Shown: positions 40,571 through 50,170 of the stretch, piece after piece
Position numbering within the stretch: the first letter of the stretch is position 1
Layout: each line of letters begins with the position of its first letter
Assembly: GCA_963662795.1 (NCBI GenBank)
Contig: OY759746.1
Location: 736,001-800,000 of the forward strand
Direction: 5' to 3'
Source of the DNA: Spirochaetia bacterium
GTDB taxonomy: Bacteria; Spirochaetota; Spirochaetia; CADAEX01
Length of the DNA stretch: 64,000 bases
Notes under the pieces: model-generated
The model's input: only the letters and a program-made list of their open reading frames with translations
What the model was told of the DNA's origin: nothing
Database searches by the model: none
Position numbers and translations under genes: made by a program

Positions 40571-41780
40571 GATTTGTTGGTGGTTTATTAAGAACTGTCC
40601 AAATATCTTTTCTTGTTGTCAGTATAGTTGGAATCAGTTTCATTAATGAAAAATGCGTCCATTTTCTGCTCGAAAACATTTTTAAGTGTTGTAACATTAG
40701 ATAAGTAATCATGGCAATCCAGATTTGTGTCATTATCGCATTTTTGGAAGTTCCAAAGAATTTCTTTATTTTCAAATTCTGTTTAATTGTTTTAAAAAAT
40801 ATTTCAATCTGTCATCTATCTTTATAGACAGGCGCAATTGTTGCTGGAGACCAATTAAAATTATTTGTAATAATTACAATATGTTTTCCTGTTTCAGGAT
40901 CTTTACTTCTTATCCGCCTTAGTTTTAAAGGACATTTCTTACTGGTATTAAATCCTTTCATCTCAATAATCTGATCAGATGTAATATTTCTATATGAGGA
41001 AACATTTTTTCTTTCAATAACGAATAATCAGCATTCTTCTTTAATCGGGTAACAAAATAAATACCTGTATTACAATAATTTGCAAACAACTTGAAGCCTG
41101 TGTATCCACGATCAAAAGTTACAACATCCCCCTTGTTAAACTGCATTTTTTTAAGTGAGTTGACTTCATGGGTTTGGGCAATTGTAACTGATATAAATAC
41201 AAGAATATATCCAATGTGATCAAGTTTTACATTCAGTTTTATTCCGCCTTTGTGTTTCCTGAAATCTGCCCATGGAAAAAGATTTAAACATAAATCTATG
41301 GTACTTGCCTCTACACTGAAAAGTGGATTCTTGAATTTGTGTTTATGAGTTCTCTTCATTGACAATATTTTACCAAGAAGATCAGAAAAAATATTTTCAT
41401 ATATTTCACAACTACGATTATTATTTGCATAAGATAATGTAGATCGTTTTATTTTTTTTACTCCCAGATGATAAAGTTGGCTGCTGATTGATTCCAGGGA
41501 GTTTTCAATGTCTCTAAGCCCTGTTTGTCCTGAAAACTGTGCAAACAGCATTGAAACAAACGATCCCAGCAGGAAAACCCTTTTGATGCAAAATCTCCAT
41601 TATGTTTTTTTACAGATTTTTCATTTCATATCTCGGAATTATTTGTAGAATTTGTTTTAAAATGGTATTATTGTAACTCATTGCCTGTTTTCCTTTTCCT
41701 GTAAAGAATTAGCCGTCCAAGCTTAATTCAATATAGCAAGAATTACAGGCAATTAATAGTCCTTGTTTTGGACACTTATG
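40571..41780 (-). mobile_element. IS4-family insertion sequence, copy 2 (inverted, multiply frameshifted, one end lost)
   Basis: Fragments closely match copy 1 (MLFAQ.SGQTGLRDIE, FDRGY, KIKKFFGTS); IR CATAAGTGTCCAAAACAA ends at 41780. Confidence 0.9.
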
Positions 41781-41794
41781 CTAAGGATTGTAAT

Positions 41795-42397
41795 TTGAAA
41801 AAAATATACACAACCGGAACAAAACTGTTTTCAGCCGCACAGCATTATTTAATTCCCTGTCTTGCCATAATTCTTATAATAGCATCATCAGGGTGTAAAA
41901 CACAGCCCATCCCTCAGGAAAAAGAACTTACCCTCCCTTCGGAAAAAAAAGGCGAAACTGTAATTTCCTATCGGGTTGAGCCTTCAAAATTTTACACAGA
42001 TGAATACGGATACACAGGCGCAGGCTATCTCACCAGGGACCAGCAGTGGGAAAAGATAAAAACCGCTCTTGATAAAAAAAACACTTCTGTTGATTTAATA
42101 AATAAGGAAAATTCAAAATTACCAAAAACCGGCACAATCACGATCCACATAGGCCGGCTCGAGCTTATGCATGCCGACACTGTCTGGTACACTATCGTCT
42201 GCAAAGAAAAAAATAAAACTCTTTTCACAATAAAAGGAAAGGAAGGTGTTCCCAACATTAAAGGGCGGGATGGGAACTGGTGGAATACTATCGAAATACC
42301 TCTGCAGGAAGAGATTACCTCCCGGATCGATATTACTGTTACAGACAGAAAAACAGGCAGGGAATACAGCTTTGCAATAATAAAAGAAACATCCTGA
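41795..42397 (+). CDS. hypothetical lipoprotein
   Basis: TTG start after AAGGA, hydrophobic stretch with lipobox SSGC; the track start 41768 lies inside the IS end. Confidence 0.7.
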   Translation: MKKIYTTGTKLFSAAQHYLIPCLAIILIIASSGCKTQPIPQEKELTLPSEKKGETVISYRVEPSKFYTDEYGYTGAGYLTRDQQWEKIKTALDKKNTSVDLINKENSKLPKTGTITIHIGRLELMHADTVWYTIVCKEKNKTLFTIKGKEGVPNIKGRDGNWWNTIEIPLQEEITSRIDITVTDRKTGREYSFAIIKETS

Positions 42398-42525
42398 AAT
42401 CAGATAATTCCTCATAATTCATTCTAATATTCCTTTTTTGAACTGCTATCTGCTTTTTCATATAAAAATCACTTGTATTTTACTCCAAATCAGAAAAATC
42501 TTTCATTTTGGAATAAAATTAAGGG

Positions 42526-42585
42526 TTGACAGATCGGAAATCCGGCTTGATAATACTAATATACAGCTGATATATCAGCCGTATA
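42526..42585 (+). promoter_or_regulatory. sigma70 promoter and palindromic operator (probably GntR) of the TRAP/opine operon
   Basis: TTGACA-17 nt-GATAAT, then TATACAGCTGATATATCAGCCGTATA (26 bp, one mismatched pair). Confidence 0.75.
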
Positions 42586-42609
42586 GCAATTTACAAAAGG
42601 AGCAAACCT

Positions 42610-43617
42610 ATGAAAAAAATCCTGACAGCAGCAGTTATATTATCACTGCTTGCACTGCCGCTATTTGCCGGCGGCTCTAAAGAAGAGGGGGCAAAAAAAG
42701 TAACTTTAAAAATGGCGGGGCAATACGCACCGGATCATTCAACAACTAAACTGCAGTACAAGTTCAAGGAACTTGTGGAAAAACAGTCCAACGGTGAAAT
42801 TGAAGTCAAGGTTTACCCGGCAAACCAGCTCGGAGATTACACCCAGGTTTATGAAGAACTCAGACGCGGTACAATAGATCTTGCCACGATTTCCGTACCA
42901 AGCCAGTTTGATCCCCGCCTTGATGTAACATACCTTCATTACCTTGCAATGAACTATAAGGAAGCTGAGAAAGTTTATGCCAGGGGTTCTGCTATGTTTT
43001 CAATCATGGAAGAACTCCATGGAAATCTTGATGTAAAATTCCTTGGATTTAACGTAGAGGGATTCGGAATTCTCGGCCTTACAAAAATGCCGACTGATAT
43101 CAAAGATCCGACAAAGCCTAAAAACATCCTTCTAAGGGTTCCTCCGATGGCAGTTTTCAAGATTACAGCGGATGATCAGGGGTTCCAGACAGTTTCTGTT
43201 CCATTCGCAGAACTTTATACAGCACTTCAGACCGGTGTAGCAGACGGCTGGAGCGGAGGTCCTGCCATGGTCAACTATGTACAGTTTGGCGATGTAATCA
43301 AATATGTTCTCATGAATAATAACTTTTTTGAAAACACTTCATATCTCATGAGTCAGAAGGTATGGAATAGCCTCTCTCCCGCGCATCAGAAAGTTATTGC
43401 AGATGCATCTGCGCAGATTTCCAAAGAGAGTCTTAAAGTCGCTGAGAATAACGATAAGATATATCCTCCCAAATTCAAGGAGAAAGGAATCGAAGTTATC
43501 AATATGAGCGATGCTGAACTTAAAACATGGGCAGACCACTGCAGAAAAGTAACATGGCCGAAGCTTGAAGAAAGACTTACAAAAGAAGTAATTGACCGAC
43601 TGCTTGCTGATTATTAA
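42610..43617 (+). CDS. dctP: TRAP transporter solute-binding protein
   Basis: YPANQLG, LRVP (conserved Arg), ELYTALQTGVADG. Confidence 0.93.
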   Translation: MKKILTAAVILSLLALPLFAGGSKEEGAKKVTLKMAGQYAPDHSTTKLQYKFKELVEKQSNGEIEVKVYPANQLGDYTQVYEELRRGTIDLATISVPSQFDPRLDVTYLHYLAMNYKEAEKVYARGSAMFSIMEELHGNLDVKFLGFNVEGFGILGLTKMPTDIKDPTKPKNILLRVPPMAVFKITADDQGFQTVSVPFAELYTALQTGVADGWSGGPAMVNYVQFGDVIKYVLMNNNFFENTSYLMSQKVWNSLSPAHQKVIADASAQISKESLKVAENNDKIYPPKFKEKGIEVINMSDAELKTWADHCRKVTWPKLEERLTKEVIDRLLADY

Positions 43618-43627
43618 TAAATGAACC

Positions 43628-43664
43628 AATAAGCCGGCAGGCAGCATGTCTGCCGGTTTATTTT
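43628..43664 (+). terminator. stem-loop after dctP
   Basis: AATAAGCCGGCAGGCA-gca-TGTCTGCCGGTTTATTTT. Confidence 0.65.
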
Positions 43665-43679
43665 AAAAGGAGGAAAAGC

Positions 43680-44216
43680 TTGGGACATGAGCTGACAATA
43701 AAAATAGATAAAGTATTTAAAAGTATTCAGCAGGCCATTTTAATTGCTTCCTGTTCATTTGTAACAATCGGAATCGGAACAGGGGCCATATTAAGATATC
43801 TTTTCAAAAAGGACCTTTACGGTGCAGAGGAGTTTATAACAATTGCCGCATTCTGGATGTACTTTATTGGCGCAGTTTACGCGACACATACGAAAAAACA
43901 CATAACAGCAGAAGTATTCAGCGCACTTTGTAATAATAAAAAAATAGTACACACAGTTAAAATAATCAGCCTGATAGCAACAATTCTTCTTTCTATGCTG
44001 TTCAGCTGGTGGGGATGGCAGTTTTTCCACTGGAGCCTTACAAACGGAGGCCGTTCTGTAGTCTGGCTTATCCCTCTTGTATACGGTCATACAGCTGTGT
44101 TTCTCAGTTTTATACTGATGACTTTTTACTTTATAATTGACCTGAAAAATGAGATACGGGATTTAAAACTTCACATTGAAGATGAAAAATCAGATCTTGG
44201 GGAGGTGAAGGCATGA
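43680..44216 (+). CDS. dctQ: TRAP small permease
   Basis: 4 TM, ILRY, EE, KHI. Confidence 0.9.
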   Translation: MGHELTIKIDKVFKSIQQAILIASCSFVTIGIGTGAILRYLFKKDLYGAEEFITIAAFWMYFIGAVYATHTKKHITAEVFSALCNNKKIVHTVKIISLIATILLSMLFSWWGWQFFHWSLTNGGRSVVWLIPLVYGHTAVFLSFILMTFYFIIDLKNEIRDLKLHIEDEKSDLGEVKA

Positions 44217-45517
44217 CAACAGTTATATCCTTACTGATTTTATTCAGCTGTCTCCTGGTAGGAATCCCTGTTGCATTCGCCTTTCTCGCATCTGTAACAT
44301 TCCTGATCGGCTTCGGTGGATATGATCCCAGTTTTCTGCTTCCTTACGGCTTCAGCAAGATGAATACAGTTGTAATACTCGCTATACCGCTCTTTATTAT
44401 AGCCGGCGGCCTTATCAACAAATCAAAGGTCGGCGACAAACTGGTCTCTCTGGTTGAACTGTTTGTGGGAAGGATCAAAGGTGGCCTTGGAGCAGTTGCG
44501 ATAGTATCGTGTGCTGTTTTCGGTTCCATAACCGGTAGTGCCTGTGCAACACTGTCTGCCATTGGTTCAATAATGTTCCCGCGCCTTGATCAGGCCGGAT
44601 ATCCCAGAGGGCATTCGGCTGCGATTATGGCAAACGCGTCTGTTCTTGGAATGTTGATACCACCCAGTTCGATTATGATTCTTTATGCGTGGGTTGGACA
44701 GACATCGGTACTTGCCTGCTTTCTTTCAAGCGTAATACCTGGAATTATTCTCACAATTCTTATGTCGCTCGTTAACATGTGGATGCTTAAAGACAATAAA
44801 AATCTTATTCTTGAACCCAAAATGAGTAAAAAGGAATTCCAGTCCGAGCTTTTAAAGCGTACGGGAAGTGGAATACCGGCCCTTACAATGCCTGTACTTG
44901 TTCTCGGAGGTATATACGGAGGGTTTGTAACCCCTACCGAGGCAGCGGCCGTTTCAGTACTTTATACACTGCCGATTGGGTTTTTAATCTATAAAGGGCT
45001 CTCATGGAAAAAGGTCGGTGATGTTTTACTTGAATCTGCTGTAACGACAGGAGCACTGATGGTAATGCTCTACTCAATAATGATATTGAGCAGAATGTAT
45101 ATTATGGAAGATCTGCCCGGACTGATAATGGGTTTTCTTACATCAATATCAGATAACAAATACATACTGCTGATCATGATAAATATTTTCATGGTAATCA
45201 TCGGTATGCTGATGGATGATGTAAGCGCAGTCCTTCTTGCAACCCCAATACTGCTTCCTGTAGTTGTTAAACTGGGGATCACACCGATCCACTTTGCAGC
45301 CATTGTAGGTGTAAATCTTGGACTCGGCAATGTAACGCCGCCGACAGCGCCACTGCTTTATTTAAGCAGCCAGTTAAACGGAGCAAAGACAAGCGAAACA
45401 CTCGGACCTACCATGAAACTTCTCGCTTTTGCCTGGCTACCGACACTTGCCATCACTACTTATATTCCTGAACTGTCACAATGGCTTCCAGGACTATTAT
45501 TGGGTATGAAATTTTAA
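44213..45517 (+). CDS. dctM: TRAP large permease
   Basis: LAIPLF, LIPPS, TPTEAA, TPP. Confidence 0.94.
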   Translation: MTTVISLLILFSCLLVGIPVAFAFLASVTFLIGFGGYDPSFLLPYGFSKMNTVVILAIPLFIIAGGLINKSKVGDKLVSLVELFVGRIKGGLGAVAIVSCAVFGSITGSACATLSAIGSIMFPRLDQAGYPRGHSAAIMANASVLGMLIPPSSIMILYAWVGQTSVLACFLSSVIPGIILTILMSLVNMWMLKDNKNLILEPKMSKKEFQSELLKRTGSGIPALTMPVLVLGGIYGGFVTPTEAAAVSVLYTLPIGFLIYKGLSWKKVGDVLLESAVTTGALMVMLYSIMILSRMYIMEDLPGLIMGFLTSISDNKYILLIMINIFMVIIGMLMDDVSAVLLATPILLPVVVKLGITPIHFAAIVGVNLGLGNVTPPTAPLLYLSSQLNGAKTSETLGPTMKLLAFAWLPTLAITTYIPELSQWLPGLLLGMKF

Positions 45518-45538
45518 GCAAAAGGAGCATCAGTCAAC

Positions 45539-46168
45539 ATGGGTGAACTTAAGGATTATGTCCTGAAAAATCTGAAATACAAAATCATTATGAAAAAACT
45601 TCAACCCGGGGAAGTATTAAACGAAAAAAAACTTATTGAGGAATACGGTATAGGAAGAACACCTCTCCGGGAAATTTTGATTGAGCTTCAGAGAGAAGGT
45701 CTGATTCAAAGGTTTCCCCGTTCAGGCACCATAGTGGCTCCAATGGATTTTAACCAGCTAAAAGAGGTAACTGAAATCAGGATACCGCTGGAAGGGACTG
45801 TAGGAGAACTTGCCGCGGAAAAAATTACTGAAGACCAGATTGAATTATTAAAAAAAACATATTTGAAAATTGTAGAAACTGAAAAACTGGGAAGCGATGA
45901 AGACATACTGATGTATGACACTGTGCTTCACAATATTTTATATCAGGCTGCAGGAAACACAAGGCTTCAAAAGATTATCCATGAACTGCAGGCTGTCGAC
46001 TCAAGATACTGGTTCGCAATCACATATAAACAGGAACATTACAAGGACCAGTTGGAACAATGGAAAGGGATAATTGAAGCTGTAGAAGCAAGGGACAAGG
46101 ACAAAACAAAAATCCTTTTGCAAAATCACGTAAAAAAATTTATTAACAGATTTATGAATCATTTATAG
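45539..46168 (+). CDS. GntR/FCD-family transcriptional regulator
   Basis: L.PGE.L.E..L...YGIGRTPLRE wHTH; LHNILYQAAGN FCD region. Confidence 0.93.
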   Translation: MGELKDYVLKNLKYKIIMKKLQPGEVLNEKKLIEEYGIGRTPLREILIELQREGLIQRFPRSGTIVAPMDFNQLKEVTEIRIPLEGTVGELAAEKITEDQIELLKKTYLKIVETEKLGSDEDILMYDTVLHNILYQAAGNTRLQKIIHELQAVDSRYWFAITYKQEHYKDQLEQWKGIIEAVEARDKDKTKILLQNHVKKFINRFMNHL

Positions 46169-46177
46169 GAGATTAAT

Positions 46178-47269
46178 ATGCCAAAAAAAATTGCAATACT
46201 TGGAGCAGGCCACGGAGGACATGCGGCAGCAGCAGAAATGACAGAAAAAGGACATGATGTAAGACTATACCAGGACCCTGAGTATATATCTCTTATCAAA
46301 AAGGTATATGAAACAAAAGAAATTAAAATATCAGGTGAAGAAAGAAAAACAGCAGTCGTAAAAATACCATTGATAACCACTGATCTTAAAAAGGCAGTAC
46401 AGGGAGCAGACATCATACTTTACACAGTACCTGCTTTTGTACACAGGAAAATGGCGGCGGAACTGGCTGATGTTGTAGAAGAAGGGCAGATTATTGCGCT
46501 TCTTCCAGGTACTCTCGGGACTCTTGTAACAGCAAGAATATTCAGGGAAAAAGGGGTACTTGATAAAGTAATACTTGCAGAGACAAACACACTCCCCTAT
46601 GACACAAGAGTTCTCGCTCCCGGAGAAGTGTTTGTATACAAGATGAACAACCCCCTCCTTCTCGGTGTATTCCCGGCAGACAGAACAGCTGAAGCAGTAA
46701 AAAAGCTCGAAGGAACATATAACTATGTACCTGTATCAGATGTTCTCGAATGCGCGCTTCACAGCCACAATCCTATACTCCATACACCAGGGTGTATAAT
46801 GAATGTAGGAAGGATGGAAAGATCATGGGGAGAATTTTACCTCTATGAAGAAGGATTTTCACCCACAGTATGCAGGGTAACCGAGGAAATGGACAAGGAA
46901 AGAATGGCTATAGGTTACGCTTACGGCTATAAACCACTTACTCTTACCCAGGCGCTTTCCGGTCTTGACAACCCGGGAGACCTCTGGAAAGAAGTCAACG
47001 GAAACAGGGGTCTCTGCTTTATAAAAGGACCGGACAGCGTTAAAAGCAGATATTTTACGGAAGATACTCCCAACGGACTTGTTCCCTGGTCGATGATAGC
47101 GGATATTGCAGGAGTTGAAACACCACTGATTGATTCATTTGCCACTATAGCAAGCACTGTTATCCAGATTGATTCATGGAAAACCGGGAGAACCTTAAAA
47201 GACATGGGAATTGAAAATATGTCAAAGTCTGATTTCCAGGTCTATATGAAGACCGGAAAAAGGAAATAG
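46178..47269 (+). CDS. NAD(P)-dependent opine (octopine/nopaline-type) dehydrogenase
   Basis: ILGAGHGG, AETNTLPY, NPILH, DKERMA, SRYFTEDTPNGLVP. Confidence 0.9.
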   Translation: MPKKIAILGAGHGGHAAAAEMTEKGHDVRLYQDPEYISLIKKVYETKEIKISGEERKTAVVKIPLITTDLKKAVQGADIILYTVPAFVHRKMAAELADVVEEGQIIALLPGTLGTLVTARIFREKGVLDKVILAETNTLPYDTRVLAPGEVFVYKMNNPLLLGVFPADRTAEAVKKLEGTYNYVPVSDVLECALHSHNPILHTPGCIMNVGRMERSWGEFYLYEEGFSPTVCRVTEEMDKERMAIGYAYGYKPLTLTQALSGLDNPGDLWKEVNGNRGLCFIKGPDSVKSRYFTEDTPNGLVPWSMIADIAGVETPLIDSFATIASTVIQIDSWKTGRTLKDMGIENMSKSDFQVYMKTGKRK

Positions 47270-47271
47270 CC

Positions 47272-48009
47272 ATGACAAAATACCAGGTACGAAGGGGAGC
47301 TGAAAGCTATGGTCATGCTATAGGCATTTTACTTATTGACTGCAGCACCCCTTTTATACCGGGTGATGTAGGAAATGCCTCAACCTACTCTTTCCCGGTT
47401 CTGTATAAAACAGTTCCAAACGTAACCCTGAAGAGGCTTATTGAAGATGCGGACTTAAGTCTTACCGATGCTGTGATTCAAACAGCAAAAGATCTTGAAA
47501 CATCAGGAGTAAGGGCAATATCAAGCGACTGCGGCTACATGATTCATTTTCAGAAACAGGTTGCGGAAGAGATAAATATTCCTGTCATAATGTCAAGTCT
47601 GTTGCAGCTCCCAATGCTTGAGAGGACAATCCGCTCTTCAAAAAAAATCGGAGTAATATGCGCCAACAGAAAAAAACTAACCTCCGATATGCTCGATATA
47701 GCCGGTGTAAAAGATAAATCTTCAATAGTAATAAGAGGAATGGAGGAAATGCCGTACTTCAGGGCGCCAATTCTTGATGAAAAACCGGAACTTGTTTACG
47801 AAGAAATTGAAAAAGAGATCGTTTCTGTTGCTGAAGAACTGGTTTCATCACACCCGGAAACAGGCCCGCTGCTTCTCGAATGTTCCAACATGCCGCCCTA
47901 TGCTCATGCAATACAAAAAGCAACAGGCAGGCCGATATTTGATTTTACTACACTCATTAATATATTTGCCGGAGCATCTTTCAGGAATGCATACACTGGA
48001 ATATATTGA
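47272..48009 (+). CDS. Asp/Glu/hydantoin racemase superfamily protein
   Basis: IPGDVGNA, two catalytic-type Cys (SDCGY, LECSNMPPY). Confidence 0.85.
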   Translation: MTKYQVRRGAESYGHAIGILLIDCSTPFIPGDVGNASTYSFPVLYKTVPNVTLKRLIEDADLSLTDAVIQTAKDLETSGVRAISSDCGYMIHFQKQVAEEINIPVIMSSLLQLPMLERTIRSSKKIGVICANRKKLTSDMLDIAGVKDKSSIVIRGMEEMPYFRAPILDEKPELVYEEIEKEIVSVAEELVSSHPETGPLLLECSNMPPYAHAIQKATGRPIFDFTTLINIFAGASFRNAYTGIY

Positions 48010-48071
48010 GGATAAAACAAGAGCGGGGGATTAGAGACTGACAGCCAATTATCCCCCGCATTAACAAACCT

Positions 48072-48106
48072 ATAAAGCCTTTCCCGACGAAAGGCTTTAT
48101 TTTTTA
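48072..48106 (+). terminator. intrinsic terminator
   Basis: ATAAAGCCTTTC-ccgac-GAAAGGCTTTAT plus T run. Confidence 0.8.
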
Positions 48107-48395
48107 TACTTTATACAGCAAGTTAAGTCAATAAAAAGCAAAAATCTGATTAATTTATTCAGAGCTTTTTCTTTGTCCAAACCGGTTATTCTGCACGAAA
48201 TTCAACACTATCTGCAGATTCAATAAAAAAACCACAGATTTTAATCATTTTCCAACAATATGTACGTATTCCATGAACAATACTATGGCTTAAATATATA
48301 TAAAGCTTAATAAATATGTTCTTTTCTTTTTACAATACCGGGTTTATACTTATTAATTACTAAAGGACGTTGTCCAGTAAATACACAACATCAAA

Positions 48396-48447
48396 GGAGG
48401 TATTTAAATGGTAAAAAAATTAATGGAGGTATTTAAATGGTAAAAAA
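48396..48447 (+). repeat. direct duplication of RBS + start codon (23 bp, period 29)
   Basis: GGAGGTATTTAAATGGTAAAAAA at 48396 and 48425. Confidence 0.9.
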
Positions 48448-49525
48448 GGGTTCTAAACAAATAATTTCAATTATTTGTATGATCGCGCTGCTTACTGCTG
48501 TTGTTTTTGCAATGAGCGGATGCAGCGGTTCAAAAGAGACAGCTGCAGCAGGTGCTGACACTCCTAAAAAAGAACAGATCAAATGGAGACTTCAATCCTA
48601 TGCAGGTCCGGCTCTTAATGATCATGTAGTTAAAAACGCAATAGACGAGTTTAACATTGCCGCAAACGGTGAAATGGTCATTGATGTATATACAGCTGAC
48701 CAGCTTGTACCGCATGGCGAATTATTCAGGGCATTGCAGGAAGGCACAGTAGATGCGGTTGTCAGCGATGATGACTCAATGGCTTCCCCTGTTGATGTGT
48801 CAGTTTTCGGAGCATACTTTCCTCTTGCCGCTAGATACGGCCTTGATGTAAATGTACTCTGGAACTGGTACGGCCTTAATGAAATCTGGAAAGAAGCCTA
48901 TGATGAAGTAGAAGGCGTAACCTGGATAAGCCAGGGAAGCTGGGATCCGTGTAACTTCGCAACCACAAAACCGATAAGATCAGTAAAAGATTTTAAAGGC
49001 CTTAGAATGTACATGTTCCCGACAGGCGGCAAGTTCATGCAGCAGTTCGGCGTTGTTCCTATGGTTCTTCCTTATGAAGATGTAGAAATGGCTATTCAGA
49101 CTGGTATGCTTGACGGTGTTGCATGGTCAGGTATCACAGAAGACTATACAGTTGGATGGGCAGACGTAACAAAATATTACCTCACCAATCCTATTTCAGG
49201 TGCATGGTCAGGCGGCTGGTTTGTCAACACAAAAGCATGGGAAAAAGTTCCTCCGCACCTTCAGCAGATTTATAAACTCGCGATTGACAAATCGCATTAC
49301 TACAGACTCCACTGGTACTGGTGGGGAGAAGCTGAATACCGTGTAAACGGAGGAAAGCTTGAACTTACAACAATTCCTGATGCTGAATGGAAAGTAGTAG
49401 AAGATGCTGCAATAAAATACTGGGATGAAATTGCAGCTACAAGCCCGAGAAACGCGAAAGTTGTCGGCATCCTTAAAAAATATGTTGATACAATGAAAAA
49501 GGCAGGAGCTCCATACAGATACTAA
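48437..49525 (+). CDS. dctP: TRAP solute-binding lipoprotein, ethanolamine-binding-like subfamily
   Basis: WRLQSYAGPAL, SDDDSMASP, WDPC, WSGITEDYTVGW, SHYYR.HWYW; lacks the carboxylate-binding Arg (GLRMYMFPT). Confidence 0.85.
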   Translation: MVKKGSKQIISIICMIALLTAVVFAMSGCSGSKETAAAGADTPKKEQIKWRLQSYAGPALNDHVVKNAIDEFNIAANGEMVIDVYTADQLVPHGELFRALQEGTVDAVVSDDDSMASPVDVSVFGAYFPLAARYGLDVNVLWNWYGLNEIWKEAYDEVEGVTWISQGSWDPCNFATTKPIRSVKDFKGLRMYMFPTGGKFMQQFGVVPMVLPYEDVEMAIQTGMLDGVAWSGITEDYTVGWADVTKYYLTNPISGAWSGGWFVNTKAWEKVPPHLQQIYKLAIDKSHYYRLHWYWWGEAEYRVNGGKLELTTIPDAEWKVVEDAAIKYWDEIAATSPRNAKVVGILKKYVDTMKKAGAPYRY

Positions 49526-49633
49526 AGAGCCTGGCGATTGATTAATACTATATAGTATTTTCCCTTCCTGAAATCTGATATTAAGACAAGGGAAGGGATT
49601 TTATAAACCAGGGTAAAATGAGGAGGATTTTGG

Positions 49634-50170
49634 ATGAATAAAGCTGCGAAAGCCTATGTTCGGGTTATTGATAAATCAAGCCGCTTTTTCGGCAAGGTCG
49701 CAATGAGCATGGTTCTGGGAATGGTTGCGATCCTGCTCTACGAGGCAATATCAAGAACAATATTTAATAGACCACATATCTGGGCAGTCGAGATGGCCCA
49801 GTTTATAATGGCTGCATATTATCTGCTTGGAGGCGGTTATACCCTCCTTATCGATGGACATGTAAGGATGGATTTGCTTTACCACAGATGGACAGTAAAA
49901 CAAAAAGCTATGGCAGATGTTATAACTTTCTTTATTGTGTTGATCTATATGACTGTATTATCCTACGGTGCAATTCAGGGCATAATATATGCGATAAAAT
50001 ACAAACAGGTTTCATATTCCGCATGGTCTCCGTCAGTAGTACCTATCAAAATTATCATGACATTTGGAATATTAATGATGTTTTTGCAGGTAATATCTGA
50101 ACTGATCAAGGATATTGCTGTTGCCAGAGGCGAAAGCATTGAAATAGTTAGAGCGGAGGACAAGAAATGA
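49634..50170 (+). CDS. dctQ: TRAP small permease
   Basis: W..EMAQF, GHVRMDLLY, SAWSP. Confidence 0.92.
   Translation: MNKAAKAYVRVIDKSSRFFGKVAMSMVLGMVAILLYEAISRTIFNRPHIWAVEMAQFIMAAYYLLGGGYTLLIDGHVRMDLLYHRWTVKQKAMADVITFFIVLIYMTVLSYGAIQGIIYAIKYKQVSYSAWSPSVVPIKIIMTFGILMMFLQVISELIKDIAVARGESIEIVRAEDKK

Noticed and set aside
42438-42680. 80-aa ORF and the many other 60-190 aa ORFs nested in or antisense to real genes
   Set aside because: They overlap promoters or well-supported CDSs and lack motifs; treated as shadow ORFs
46178-48009. Staphylopine-like metallophore biosynthesis
   Set aside because: No nicotianamine synthase or exporter in the operon; importer plus GntR points to catabolism
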